Part shown: positions 1-8,927 of the stretch, piece after piece
How the letters are laid out: each line of letters starts with the position of its first letter
How positions within the stretch are numbered: position 1 is the stretch's first letter
Origin: Bryobacterales bacterium
GTDB taxonomy: Bacteria > Acidobacteriota > Terriglobia > Bryobacterales > UBA6623
NCBI GenBank assembly: GCA_965216545.1
Contig: OZ244172.1
Coordinates: forward strand, 1,670,763 to 1,734,762
DNA: 64,000 bases
Reading direction: 5' to 3'
Translations under genes and position numbers: made by a program
Notes under the pieces: generated by a model
The model's database searches: none
What the model was told of the DNA's origin: nothing
What the model saw: only the letters and a program-made list of their open reading frames with translations

Positions 1-411
1 GTCAAGAAACCCAACCAGAAGCTCGAACGCTACGAGCTCGCGGTCGCGTTGGTCGAGCGACGGGGTCGTTTGCTGATGCGCCGCCGGCCCGAGGACGCCG
101 GCGTGATGCCGGGGTTTTGGGAAGCTCCCTACGCCGAAGGGCGAGGGCTTGGCCCCGATTGTCTCTCCGGCCTCGGCATCGAGCTTGGGGAGGCGCTTGG
201 TAACTTTCGTCACGGAATCATGTTCCGGAGCTATGCCGGGGTGGTCTATCTAGCTAGACTATCGGGAAAGAAGCCGGAAGAGTACCGCTGGCTTACGGCC
301 GCACAGCGTGCAGCGCTGCCTGTTTCGACGATCACGGACAAGGCGCTCGCCGCGGCTGGTCGAGAGAAGTCTCGGGGCCCGAGGGCGACTTTCGGCGCTG
401 TAGCGGGTTGA
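1..411 (+). CDS. mutY: A/G-specific adenine glycosylase MutY, C-terminal (NUDIX-like) part; 5' end lies outside the window
   Basis: Frame 1 is open from base 1 (VKKPNQKLERYELAVALVERRGRLLMRRRPEDAGVMPGFWEAP...). The 'vall.rgg.lLmrRRp..g.m.GfWE.P' block is typical of the MutY C-terminal 8-oxoG recognition domain. The track ORF 49..411 is the same frame. Confidence 0.55.
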   Translation, partial: VKKPNQKLERYELAVALVERRGRLLMRRRPEDAGVMPGFWEAPYAEGRGLGPDCLSGLGIELGEALGNFRHGIMFRSYAGVVYLARLSGKKPEEYRWLTAAQRAALPVSTITDKALAAAGREKSRGPRATFGAVAG

Positions 412-433
412 AGTCTCGATAAGGGGTAACATC

Positions 434-1834
434 TTGAATCTCTCACGCGCAGCCGCGACCCTCGCGGCCTCCATCCTTCTTGCGTTTCCGCTGTGTCTGC
501 ATGCGGAGGAAACCGGCGCGGAAGCCGGCCGGACCGGCGGTCCGTTCCCCGGGGAGCGCTCGTGCGGCAGTAGCCGCTGCCACGACGTGACGCCGAACAC
601 AGGAGCGGGCCGGGTCACCATCACGGTAAACGGCGAGCCAGTGGAGCAGTACGCCTACAGGCCGGCCGAGACCGTGCCGGTGCAAGTCCGCGTCGAGGAC
701 CCCGACATCTCACAGGTGTTTTGGGGATTCCAGCTCACGGTACGCAACGCCGGAGACGGCTGCCAATCCGAGGGCTCGTTGGCTGCGGTTGACGACGACA
801 TCGTGGTCGACAGCGGCATCCCTGTCGACCCGTGCGCGGGGCCGGAGTTCGCCACGCACGAGTTTCGGCGGGTGGCCGAGGGCGGGCAGACGTTCCAGTT
901 GAATTGGACTGCGCCGGCGAGCGACGTAGGGCCAGTGATCTTCGCCGCCGCCGGCAACGCGGCCAACGGCAATATGCAAGAGACGGGCGACCGCATCTAC
1001 ATCACCGACCAGACCGTGCAGCCGGCGGCGGGCGAGCCGACGCCGACGCCCTCGATCAGCGCCGGCGGCATCGTGTTGGCGACGCTCGTGCCGAGCGTGA
1101 CGAGCGCGGCGCCGCGCTCGATCGTGAGCATCTTCGGAGAGGAGTTTGCACCAGCCGGGACGCTCAACGTGCAGCCCACGCTCGACGGCGATGGCAAGGT
1201 CTCGACCGAGATGTCGGGGGTGTGCGTCGAGATCGGCGGCCATCGCTCGCCGCTGTTCGCGGTGCTGCCGACTCAGCTCAACCTACAGGCTTCGGATCAG
1301 GTCGGGCTTGGGCCGCAGGCGGTGACAGTGATTCGCGCTTGCGGGCAGGCCGACGAGGCGCGCAGCGAACCGCAGATGGTGGAGATTGCCGAAGCCGCGC
1401 CGGGGTTCTTCGTCTTCACCAGTTTTGGCGGCGAGAATGGCGCGAACCCGATCGCGGCGCTGCACGGCGGCGGTCCCAACGTGGTGGCGCCGCCTGGGTT
1501 GTTCCAGGACAACGCGCAGCAGACGTTTTCGCCGGCGGCGGCGGGTGAGTTCATCAGCCTGTTCGCAACCGGGCTGGGCGCGCTGGTCGAGCCGGTGGCG
1601 GCGGGCGAGATTCCCAACCGGACCGTCGACTTGGCGCGGACGGCGAGGGTAACCATAGGAGGCATCGAGTTGCCGCCCGGCGACGTGTTCTATGTCGGCG
1701 TTGCGCCGTGCTGCGCGGGGCTGTATCAGCTCGTCGTCAAAGTGCCGGAGTCGCTCGGGCCTGGAAACCACGAGGCGACCGTGGCCATCGCCGGCTGGAC
1801 ATCGCCGGCTGGACCGTTCGTACCGGTGGAGTAG
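434..1834 (+). CDS. Secreted protein: N-terminal Cys/His-containing domain plus C-terminal TIGR03437-type (Solibacter uncharacterized C-terminal, IPT-like) domain
   Basis: TTG start 7 nt after AAGGGG. Signal peptide MNLSRAAATLAASILLAFPLCLHA. C-terminal blocks 'APRSIVSIFGEEF' and 'FYVGVAPCCAGLYQLVVKVP' are as I recall the acidobacterial TIGR03437 domain. Confidence 0.75.
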   Translation: MNLSRAAATLAASILLAFPLCLHAEETGAEAGRTGGPFPGERSCGSSRCHDVTPNTGAGRVTITVNGEPVEQYAYRPAETVPVQVRVEDPDISQVFWGFQLTVRNAGDGCQSEGSLAAVDDDIVVDSGIPVDPCAGPEFATHEFRRVAEGGQTFQLNWTAPASDVGPVIFAAAGNAANGNMQETGDRIYITDQTVQPAAGEPTPTPSISAGGIVLATLVPSVTSAAPRSIVSIFGEEFAPAGTLNVQPTLDGDGKVSTEMSGVCVEIGGHRSPLFAVLPTQLNLQASDQVGLGPQAVTVIRACGQADEARSEPQMVEIAEAAPGFFVFTSFGGENGANPIAALHGGGPNVVAPPGLFQDNAQQTFSPAAAGEFISLFATGLGALVEPVAAGEIPNRTVDLARTARVTIGGIELPPGDVFYVGVAPCCAGLYQLVVKVPESLGPGNHEATVAIAGWTSPAGPFVPVE

Positions 1835-1881
1835 CGCCCGGGAGGCAGTCACGAAGCGTGACTGCCCCTACGCCTCGTCCC

Positions 1882-3516
1882 CTACCCCTCGCCCTTCTTC
1901 ATCGCGGCGGCTAGCGCGTCGGAGCAGCGCCAGGCGTTGGCGAGGATCGTCAGGGTCGGGTTCTTCTCCGTTGGGGTTGGGAAGACGCTGCCGTCCATCA
2001 CCCAGACGTTCCGCACTTCGTGCATGCGGCCGTCGCGGTTGACGGCGGAAAGCTTGGGGTCGTCGCCCATGCGGCAAGTGCCGTGCTCGTGGATGGCGGC
2101 GCCGAGCTGGTCGATGTCGCCGCGCTTGTAAGGCAGCGGCTCGGCCTTCATCTCGTGCAGCACTTCCTCGACGACGTCGTACATGCGATCCATCATCTTG
2201 TACTCGTTCTCGCCGAGCGAGTAGTCGATGTGCATCAGCGGAACGCCGAAGCGGTCTTTGCGGTCCCTGCGCACGGTGATGCGGTTGTGAGCGTAGGGCA
2301 GCGCCTCACCGTAAGGGTGCAGTGCGATCAGAGAGGGATAGCGGTCCTTGATGTCCTTTTTGAGGTCCTCGCCGAAACCCGGCCGCGACTTGGCCCACGG
2401 GACCGAGCTCTTGCAACCCGAGCCCCAGAACTGCATGCCCCAACCGCGCAAGTAGCCGCGTTTGGGGTCGGTGTCCTCGAAGCGCGGCAAGTAGATGTGC
2501 GCGCCGGAGATGCCGTCGTCATTGGTGGCCTTCGCGCCGAACAGCTGCGGCGCGTAGGCCTCGACGTGGAAGCGGAATTGCTCGACCAGATAGCGGCCAA
2601 TGACGTCGGAGCCGTTGCCGAGCCCGTTGGGATGGCGGCGAGAGGCTGAGTTAAGCAGGATGCGCGTCGAGTCGACGGCCGAAGCCGCGACGATGACGCG
2701 CTTGGCCGGCACTTGCACCTCTCGCGCCGTAAGCCGGTCGAAATATTGAACGCGGTCGGCCACGCCTTCCTCGTTGGTGAGGATGCGCGAGACGATGGCG
2801 TTCTCGACGATCTCGAGGTTGCCGGTTTCGAGCGAATCGGCGAGCAGGTAGTCGTAGGAGTTGAAGAAAGCGCTGACGTCGCAACCCTGTCCGCAGGCGC
2901 CGCAGTAGTGACATGGCGCGCGGCCGTTGTGCTCTTTGGTGAGAACGGCGCGGCGGCCGTTGACCACCTTGTAGCCCTTGCGTGCGAAGGCCGAACGAAC
3001 GATCTTCTCGCCGCAACGCAGGTTGGGCGGCGGAAGGTGATGCTTGGAGCCGGGCAGCCAGGGCTGGTCGTCGTCGCCGCCGTTGACGCCGATGAGCTTC
3101 TCGACGTTGTCGTAGTAGGGCGCGAGCTCGGAGTAGTGGATCGGCCAGGGGATCTCCCAGCCGTCCTTGGCCGGCTCCTGCATGTTGAGCTCGGAGAAGC
3201 GCAGCGAGACGCGGCCCCAAATGTTGGTCTTGCCGCCGACGCCCCAAACGCGCCTGAGCAGGAAGTCCTGCCCCGCGGCGTTGGTGAAGGGACTCTCGCG
3301 AAGAGGCAGGCCTTCGAAGTCCGGCGGACGCTCGCCGTTAGCGCGCCGCTTGTGAGCTTCCCACGGTTTGACGTGGGACCAGAAGTCGGCCTTGTCGAAC
3401 TTCTCACCGGCTTCGAGCACCAGCACCTTGGCGCCTTTGCGCGCGAGATTCCAGGCAGCCATGCCGCCGCCGGCGCCGGATCCGATGACGACGACATCGA
3501 CGTCTTCGTAAGCCAT
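1882..3516 (-). CDS. GMC-family FAD-dependent oxidoreductase (gluconate 2-dehydrogenase flavoprotein-like large subunit)
   Basis: N-terminal Rossmann motif VDVVVIGSGAGGGMAAWNLARKGAKVLVLEAG. C-terminal 'AAIHEHGTCRMG' GMC active-site block. Immediately follows the small Tat subunit gene on the same strand. Confidence 0.9.
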   Translation of the reverse strand: MAYEDVDVVVIGSGAGGGMAAWNLARKGAKVLVLEAGEKFDKADFWSHVKPWEAHKRRANGERPPDFEGLPLRESPFTNAAGQDFLLRRVWGVGGKTNIWGRVSLRFSELNMQEPAKDGWEIPWPIHYSELAPYYDNVEKLIGVNGGDDDQPWLPGSKHHLPPPNLRCGEKIVRSAFARKGYKVVNGRRAVLTKEHNGRAPCHYCGACGQGCDVSAFFNSYDYLLADSLETGNLEIVENAIVSRILTNEEGVADRVQYFDRLTAREVQVPAKRVIVAASAVDSTRILLNSASRRHPNGLGNGSDVIGRYLVEQFRFHVEAYAPQLFGAKATNDDGISGAHIYLPRFEDTDPKRGYLRGWGMQFWGSGCKSSVPWAKSRPGFGEDLKKDIKDRYPSLIALHPYGEALPYAHNRITVRRDRKDRFGVPLMHIDYSLGENEYKMMDRMYDVVEEVLHEMKAEPLPYKRGDIDQLGAAIHEHGTCRMGDDPKLSAVNRDGRMHEVRNVWVMDGSVFPTPTEKNPTLTILANAWRCSDALAAAMKKGEG

Positions 3517-4008
3517 CTAGGCGTCCTCCCCGCCGTGCTCGGCGTGCTGGCAACCCGGGAAAGAAGCCAAATAGGTCTGACCCTTGTAGCCGAGCTCGTC
3601 GACCATGCCGGCTTCGGTCGCGTAGTAGCGGTCGATGGTGAGGTCCTTGATGGTTCGAAAAGCGGCGCCGCGTTTGCCTTTGTCGTTCATGTAGCGGGTC
3701 ATCAGCGCGGTGCGCCCGCCCGGGTCCAGCTCGAGGAAGCCGTCCTTACGGAAGCGCCTCAGCGCGCCGTCGAGCCGAAGTCGTAGACTGCGGCTCCCTC
3801 GAGCGTCCTCATCGAGCATCCGCGGCACGCCCGCAGCGGCTGCGCCGGGCGAGTCGGTTTGCGGGATGATCGTCTCGGTGAGAGCGGCGAGCAACTCGAA
3901 GTCCCGAGCGTTGAGGGCCTTGGGCTGGTAGTCGTCGGCGAGGGCGGGCGTGGCGGCTCCCGCGCCAGCGATGGCGATGAGCGCCTGGCGGCGTGTGGCT
4001 GAAGGCAT
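3517..4008 (-). CDS. Gluconate 2-dehydrogenase subunit 3-family small subunit with twin-arginine signal
   Basis: 'TRRQALIAIAGAGAATPALA' Tat-type signal. 'TETIIPQTDSPGAAAAGV' block typical of this family. Abuts the GMC gene with no gap (3516/3517). Confidence 0.75.
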   Translation of the reverse strand: MPSATRRQALIAIAGAGAATPALADDYQPKALNARDFELLAALTETIIPQTDSPGAAAAGVPRMLDEDARGSRSLRLRLDGALRRFRKDGFLELDPGGRTALMTRYMNDKGKRGAAFRTIKDLTIDRYYATEAGMVDELGYKGQTYLASFPGCQHAEHGGEDA

Positions 4009-4018
4009 GAGCCTCTTG

Positions 4019-4024
4019 ATTATA
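4019..4024 (-). promoter_or_regulatory. Perfect TATAAT -10 box only 10 nt upstream of the ATG at 4008 (short-leader or leaderless transcript)
   Basis: Minus strand reads TATAATcaagaggctcATG. Confidence 0.35.
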
Positions 4025-4046
4025 CGGACTGAAGGATTAGGCTTGG

Positions 4047-4067
4047 GACCCGCTGGTGAGGCGGGTC
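4047..4067 (-). terminator. Stem-loop immediately after the M50 protease stop codon (no U-tract)
   Basis: GACCCGC-tggtgag-GCGGGTC, a 7-bp perfect stem overlapping the stop codon at 4066-4068. Confidence 0.35.
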
Positions 4068-4794
4068 AAAACACGCCATAGAGCGCCCGCGCACACCAGA
4101 AAAACAGCGGCGAGAACAGCTCTCCGAAGAACCGCCAGGCCAACACCAGGCCCAGGATCGAGAAGCCGGGTTGGCGGAAGAAGTCGAGTAGCTTGAGCGC
4201 GGCCTCGTCCGGCAGCAACAGCCCGATCGCCGTCGCGCCGTCGAGCGGCGGCACGGGGATCAGGTTGAAGGCCATCAACAGCAGGTTGAGAGAAAAGAGA
4301 ATGCTCAGGAAGATGGCGCCGGCTTCGCCCAACTCGGTTGCTCCCGGAGCGACCACGTGGGTGAAGCTGAGCGTGTCGGGGTATTCGAACCACCCGAGCG
4401 CCAGGCCGGTGTGAATCAACAGCGCGGCCAGCAGCACCAGCGCCAGATTCGCCGCCGGGCCGGCGAGCGCCATCCACGCCGCACGCTTGGGATAGCGTTG
4501 TTGCCACAGCGGATTGTAGGGCGCGCTGGCCCACCCGATCATGAAGCCGCTGAGCGCGAATGAGAGGAACGGCACGATGACCGTGCCAAAGACTTCCCGG
4601 CGAATGTGGGGCGCGGGGTTGAGCGTGACCTGCCCGCCGATCGCGGCCGTCGGGTCTCCGAGCCGCTCCGCCGCCCAGGCGTGCGACGCCTCGTGGCAGG
4701 TGAGCGAGAGCAGGAACGCCACGTACCACAGCGGCGCCAAAGCAAGAACGTTCGCGTCGACGATGTCCACGGCGGACCGGTCCAAGTCTAGCAA
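4066..4794 (-). CDS. Site-2 protease family (peptidase M50) integral membrane metalloprotease
   Basis: HExxH inside a hydrophobic segment ('LTCHEASHAWAAERLGD'). Several further hydrophobic helices. 'NLIPVPPLDG' block typical of M50. Confidence 0.8.
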   Translation of the reverse strand: MLDLDRSAVDIVDANVLALAPLWYVAFLLSLTCHEASHAWAAERLGDPTAAIGGQVTLNPAPHIRREVFGTVIVPFLSFALSGFMIGWASAPYNPLWQQRYPKRAAWMALAGPAANLALVLLAALLIHTGLALGWFEYPDTLSFTHVVAPGATELGEAGAIFLSILFSLNLLLMAFNLIPVPPLDGATAIGLLLPDEAALKLLDFFRQPGFSILGLVLAWRFFGELFSPLFFWCARALYGVF

Positions 4795-4864
4795 GCGGGC
4801 GTCGAACCGCCGATCTTTGAGAACGGGCCCGGAGGGCTCGAGCGAGCCGAAGCGTCGCTGGGTC

Positions 4865-4903
4865 TTGACAGAAAATAAGATTTCATTAAGATCAGATTAA
4901 GGA
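4865..4903 (+). promoter_or_regulatory. AT-rich sigma70-type promoter (TTGACA-16 nt-TAAGAT) with three 11-bp-phased TAAGAT/TAAGGA repeats
   Basis: TTGACA at 4865-4870. TAAGAT at 4876-4881 and 4887-4892. TAAGGA at 4898-4903 (also the SD). ATG at 4907. Confidence 0.45.
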
Positions 4904-4906
4904 ACG

Positions 4907-5416
4907 ATGAAGCACGCCGGGCGTCTTTTGGCCTCCGCGTTTGTGTTGGTCGGCATGACCTCCCAGGCGCTCGCCCTCAGCGTGTGCCTGGAAGACCGTG
5001 CGGAGATCGGCGTACCAGCCCGAGCAGGGCTGTTGCGGGAGCTCCACGCCCTATTGCCGGGAATCGAAGTTGAGCTCGGCCGCTGCAACGCTCTGGGCGA
5101 CGCCGATGTGGCGCTTGCCGTGTTGCGCTCGCGGGAAGGCGTCCCCGTGGACGCACTGGGGCTGGCCTACCGGGCCGACGGCGCGATCCTGCCGAGGCTC
5201 GAGCTCTTCGTCGATCCGGTGATGCGCCTGACGCGGGCCGGCGACTGGGAGACTTTGGGGCGGGCGCTGGCGCGCGTGGCTGCGCACGAGCTACTGCACT
5301 ACCGCCGACAGAGCGGCGACCACGACCCACACGGCCTGCTGCAAGCCAGGCTGAGCGCGGCCGAGTTGGTGAGCGAAGACCTTCGCCCGCGGCTCGTCGC
5401 GTCGCTCTATCACTAG
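4907..5416 (+). CDS. Small secreted hypothetical protein with a single HExxH motif
   Basis: Signal peptide MKHAGRLLASAFVLVGMTSQALA. 'RVAAHELLHYRRQSGDHDPHG' contains HExxH followed by further His/Asp. Good promoter and SD upstream. Confidence 0.6.
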   Translation: MKHAGRLLASAFVLVGMTSQALALSVCLEDRAEIGVPARAGLLRELHALLPGIEVELGRCNALGDADVALAVLRSREGVPVDALGLAYRADGAILPRLELFVDPVMRLTRAGDWETLGRALARVAAHELLHYRRQSGDHDPHGLLQARLSAAELVSEDLRPRLVASLYH

Positions 5417-5453
5417 CCCTAGCTGCGCCGAGAGTTGCCTCGATTCGGGGCGC

Positions 5454-8400
5454 TCAAGCCGCTGCCCGGCTGGCTCGCGATCGAAGGCGCTCGGCAACCC
5501 AGGCGCGAACCTGATTGGCGCTCTCCTCCTTGACGTCTTCGTAGCCGCGGATCTGCTCGGGCGCCTTGGCGATCTCGACGACATCTGGCAGGGTCGACGC
5601 GGTGAGGCCGTCGAGCAAGCCGTCCACCGTTTGGCAATACCAATCGACCAACTCACGCTCGAGGCGCCTGGAGGGCAGGTAGCCGAAGGGATCGTAAGCT
5701 GTCCCGCGCAGCGCTTTGAAGCTCGCGAGAAGCCGAAACAGGGGCTTCGCCCAAGACCCGAGCTCGAGCTTGCGCCGGACGCCGAGCCGACGAAGCAGAG
5801 GCGGGTGCAAGTGATAGACGATTCGCATCGGCCGCTCGAAGATGTCGGCGACGCGCGCCTCGAAGGCCGGGTCCGCCAGCAGCCGGGCGACCTCATACTC
5901 GTCCTTGTACGCCATCAGCTTGAACAGGTTCTCGGCGACGGCGCGAGTGAGCGAATTCGACTCGGGCGCCGCCTTTGCCTCAGTCCGCTGCACGCGCTCG
6001 AGGAACGCGCGGTAGTGTCCGGCGTAGTCGGCGTCCTGGTAGCGGGTCAGCTCTTCGGTGCGAGCGCGGATGAGCTCATCGAGCGTGGGCGGGTCGGCAG
6101 GCCGTTCGTCTTGCACGTGTCGGAGCGCCTGCTCGGGATCTTCGGCGCAGACGCGACCCCAGAACAGGGCGCTTAGGTTTTTCTCGACAGCGATGCCGTT
6201 GAGACGCACGGCCTGCTCGACTGCTTCGAGCGAGATCGGGATCAGGCCCCTCTGCCAGGCCGCCCCGACGAGGAAGATGTTGGTCTGCAGGTGGCTGCCG
6301 AAGAGGCGCTCGACGATGCGCGAGGCGTCGACGTAAAGGTTCTCCTCGGCGCGGGAGAAACGGTCGATCGCGCGGCGTAGCTCAGCTTCCGGCGAGATTA
6401 CGGTCAGGCCGCGTCGAACGGACTCGCCGGTCGGCGTCTGATGCGAGTTGACGACGGCGACGGTGCGATCCGCGGCCGTGCGAACCAAATTCCTAGCATT
6501 CGCCGCGCCCACCACGTCGAAGCCGAGCAGGAGATCGGCTGCGCCGTAGCTGACGCGGTTCGCCGTTTCGAGCGGTCGGCGGCTCAGTGTCAGGTGCGCG
6601 ACGACGGCGCCGCCTTTTTGCGCCAAGCCCGTCTGGTCGAGCGTGGAGACGCACAGGCCGTCGAGCAGGGCGGCGGTGGCGAGCAGCGCGTTGATCGTAA
6701 CGACGCCCGTGCCTCCAATGCCGGGCATGAGGATGTGGTACGGCTCAGCCCATTCTCGCCTTGGCGGCGCCGGCGCGGTCGTCTTCGGGAGATCGGGCAG
6801 CGGGCGGCGCTTGCGGCCCGAGCCCTCCTCGATTTCGACGGTGACGAACGAGGGGCAGTCCCCAAGCAGGCACGAAGCATCAACGTTGCAGGAGGACTGG
6901 TGGATGCGGGTCTTGGGGCCGTATTCGGTCTCGACCGGCTCGAGCGAAACGCAGTTCGCCTGACGCACGCAGTCGCCGCAGCCCTCGCACACGCGCTGGT
7001 GGATCATGACGCGTTTCGTTGGCTGCGGCAGGATGCCGCGGCTGCGGCGCCGGCGCCTTTCCGCGGCGCACATCTGGTCGTAGAGCAGCACCGTCGCGCC
7101 GGGCTCGCGCTCGAGCTCGCGCAGCGTCAGCTCGAGATCTTCGCGAGGCCGGACGACGACGTTGGAGGCGAGGCCCGAGCGATCGCGGTATTTCTCGGGC
7201 TCGTCGGCGAGCAGGACGGTCTTACGGACGCCGGCGGCTTCGAGCTCGCGGGTGAGCTCGGGTACGCCGACCGAGCCCGCGGCGTCTTGTCCGCCGGTCA
7301 TGGCGACGACGCCGTTGTGCAGGATCTTGAATGTAATGTTGACGCCGGCCTGCGCCGCCGCAAGCACGCCTTGGCGGCCGGAGTGGAAGTAGGTGCCGTC
7401 GCCTAGGTTCTGGAACAGATGCTTGTGCTTGGTAAACGGCGCCATGCCGATCCAGTGGCCGCCCTCCGAGCCCATGTGCGCGAGCCAGGCGATTCCGCGA
7501 TTGGCGCGGGCGAGCCCGGCCGCCATGCCGTGGCAACCGATGCCGCCGCCGGCGATCTGCCCTTCGAGAAGCAGCGTCGAGCGATTGTGCGGGCATCCTG
7601 AGCAGTAGCCGGCCCTGCGAGCCGGAGCGGCCGAAGACGTCTCGAAGGCCGCTTCGATCTCGTCGAGTCGCCGCAGCCGCTCGCGTACGCCGGGGGCGTC
7701 GCCGAGGAACTGCGACAGCGCCCGCGTGAGAATCTCGGCATCCAGCTCGCCGTGGGCCGGCAGCAACGCGGCGCCGTCGGGGCCTTGCTTGCCATGGATC
7801 GCCGGCCGAGCGGCAGAGTTGTAGAGCAACTCGCGGAGCTGCAATTCGACGAAGCTGCGCTTCTCCTCGACCACCAAGAGAGTCTCGAGCCCGGGCAAGA
7901 ACTCCTCGATGATCGTCGGCTCGATCGGGAAGGCCATGCCGAGCTTGAGGATGCGCACCCCAGCCTGGGCGAGTGCGTCCTCGTCGAGCGCCATGTTCCG
8001 CAAGGCCGATCGCAGGTCGTAGTAGGCCTTGCCGACCGCTACGATGCCGATGCGGTCGCTCGCGCCCCGATTGACGATCCGATTCAGGCCGTTTTCGCGC
8101 GCGAATGCGCGAGCGGCGGCGAGGCGCGTCGAGTAGAGCTCACGCTCGGCCTGGAGCGAGACGGGGACGATGAGCAGCGGATGCATGCGACGATCCGAGG
8201 CGAATCCCTCGGGCTCGACGATCGGCCAACGCTCCGGCGCAAACTCGACCACGCCTCCGCCGTCGCAGACATCGGTCGCGAGCTTGAGCCCGCACCACAC
8301 GCCCGCAAAGCGTGACAGCGCAACGGCGTAGAGGCCGTAGTCGAGAATCTCCTGGGGCGTCCCGGGCGCAAGTACGGGGATGCCAACGTTGTAGAGCGAG

Positions 8401-8879
8401 AATTCGCTCTGGTGCGGGATGGTCGAGCTCTTTGAGACGTGATCGTCGCCGGCGAGGGCGAGCGCCCCGCCAAGCCGCGCCGTTCCGGCCAGGTTGGCGT
8501 GCCGCAGGGCGTCGCCGGAGCGGTCGACGCCGGGGCCTTTGCCGTACCAGATGCCGACGACCCCGTCGACCTGGGGCTCGGGCAGGGTCTCGAGCATCTG
8601 GCTGCCGGCGACCGAGGTTGCGGCGAGGTCTTCGTTGACTCCGGGGACGAAGCGCACGTTGTGCTCGGCGAGCAAGCCCGAGATCCGCTCGAGCGCCAAG
8701 TCGTAGCCGCCCAGGGGCGAGCCTTCATAGCCTGAGATGAGACAGCCGGTGTTGCGACCGGCGCGACGGTCCTGGCGCATCTGCTCGAGCGGCAGGCGAA
8801 CTAGCGCCTGAATGCCGGTCATGTAAGCCGAGCCGGTTTCGAGCGAGTACTTGTCGGCGAGCGTGTAGTCCCGGCGCAT
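5454..8879 (-). CDS. Indolepyruvate:ferredoxin oxidoreductase family protein (fused alpha/beta, 2-oxoacid:ferredoxin oxidoreductase)
   Basis: N-terminus 'RRDYTLADKYSLETGSAYMTGIQALVRLPL'. TPP block 'NLGDGTYFHSG'. Two Cys clusters 'CEGCGDCVRQANC' and 'CNVDASCLLGDCPSF'. 1141 aa fits the fused type. Confidence 0.9.
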   Translation of the reverse strand: MRRDYTLADKYSLETGSAYMTGIQALVRLPLEQMRQDRRAGRNTGCLISGYEGSPLGGYDLALERISGLLAEHNVRFVPGVNEDLAATSVAGSQMLETLPEPQVDGVVGIWYGKGPGVDRSGDALRHANLAGTARLGGALALAGDDHVSKSSTIPHQSEFSLYNVGIPVLAPGTPQEILDYGLYAVALSRFAGVWCGLKLATDVCDGGGVVEFAPERWPIVEPEGFASDRRMHPLLIVPVSLQAERELYSTRLAAARAFARENGLNRIVNRGASDRIGIVAVGKAYYDLRSALRNMALDEDALAQAGVRILKLGMAFPIEPTIIEEFLPGLETLLVVEEKRSFVELQLRELLYNSAARPAIHGKQGPDGAALLPAHGELDAEILTRALSQFLGDAPGVRERLRRLDEIEAAFETSSAAPARRAGYCSGCPHNRSTLLLEGQIAGGGIGCHGMAAGLARANRGIAWLAHMGSEGGHWIGMAPFTKHKHLFQNLGDGTYFHSGRQGVLAAAQAGVNITFKILHNGVVAMTGGQDAAGSVGVPELTRELEAAGVRKTVLLADEPEKYRDRSGLASNVVVRPREDLELTLRELEREPGATVLLYDQMCAAERRRRRSRGILPQPTKRVMIHQRVCEGCGDCVRQANCVSLEPVETEYGPKTRIHQSSCNVDASCLLGDCPSFVTVEIEEGSGRKRRPLPDLPKTTAPAPPRREWAEPYHILMPGIGGTGVVTINALLATAALLDGLCVSTLDQTGLAQKGGAVVAHLTLSRRPLETANRVSYGAADLLLGFDVVGAANARNLVRTAADRTVAVVNSHQTPTGESVRRGLTVISPEAELRRAIDRFSRAEENLYVDASRIVERLFGSHLQTNIFLVGAAWQRGLIPISLEAVEQAVRLNGIAVEKNLSALFWGRVCAEDPEQALRHVQDERPADPPTLDELIRARTEELTRYQDADYAGHYRAFLERVQRTEAKAAPESNSLTRAVAENLFKLMAYKDEYEVARLLADPAFEARVADIFERPMRIVYHLHPPLLRRLGVRRKLELGSWAKPLFRLLASFKALRGTAYDPFGYLPSRRLERELVDWYCQTVDGLLDGLTASTLPDVVEIAKAPEQIRGYEDVKEESANQVRAWVAERLRSRASRAAA

Positions 8880-8927
8880 GCCGACCCGTATTGTACGCGG
8901 GCCAAGTGCGCGGGGGCGCTGCGGAAG

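Noticed and set aside
2328-3497. 389-aa ORF in an alternative minus-strand frame inside the GMC oxidoreductase gene
   Set aside because: It is on the same strand but out of frame with a gene that has clear FAD-binding and GMC signatures. Its translation is Ser/Arg/Pro/Thr/Ala-rich nonsense.
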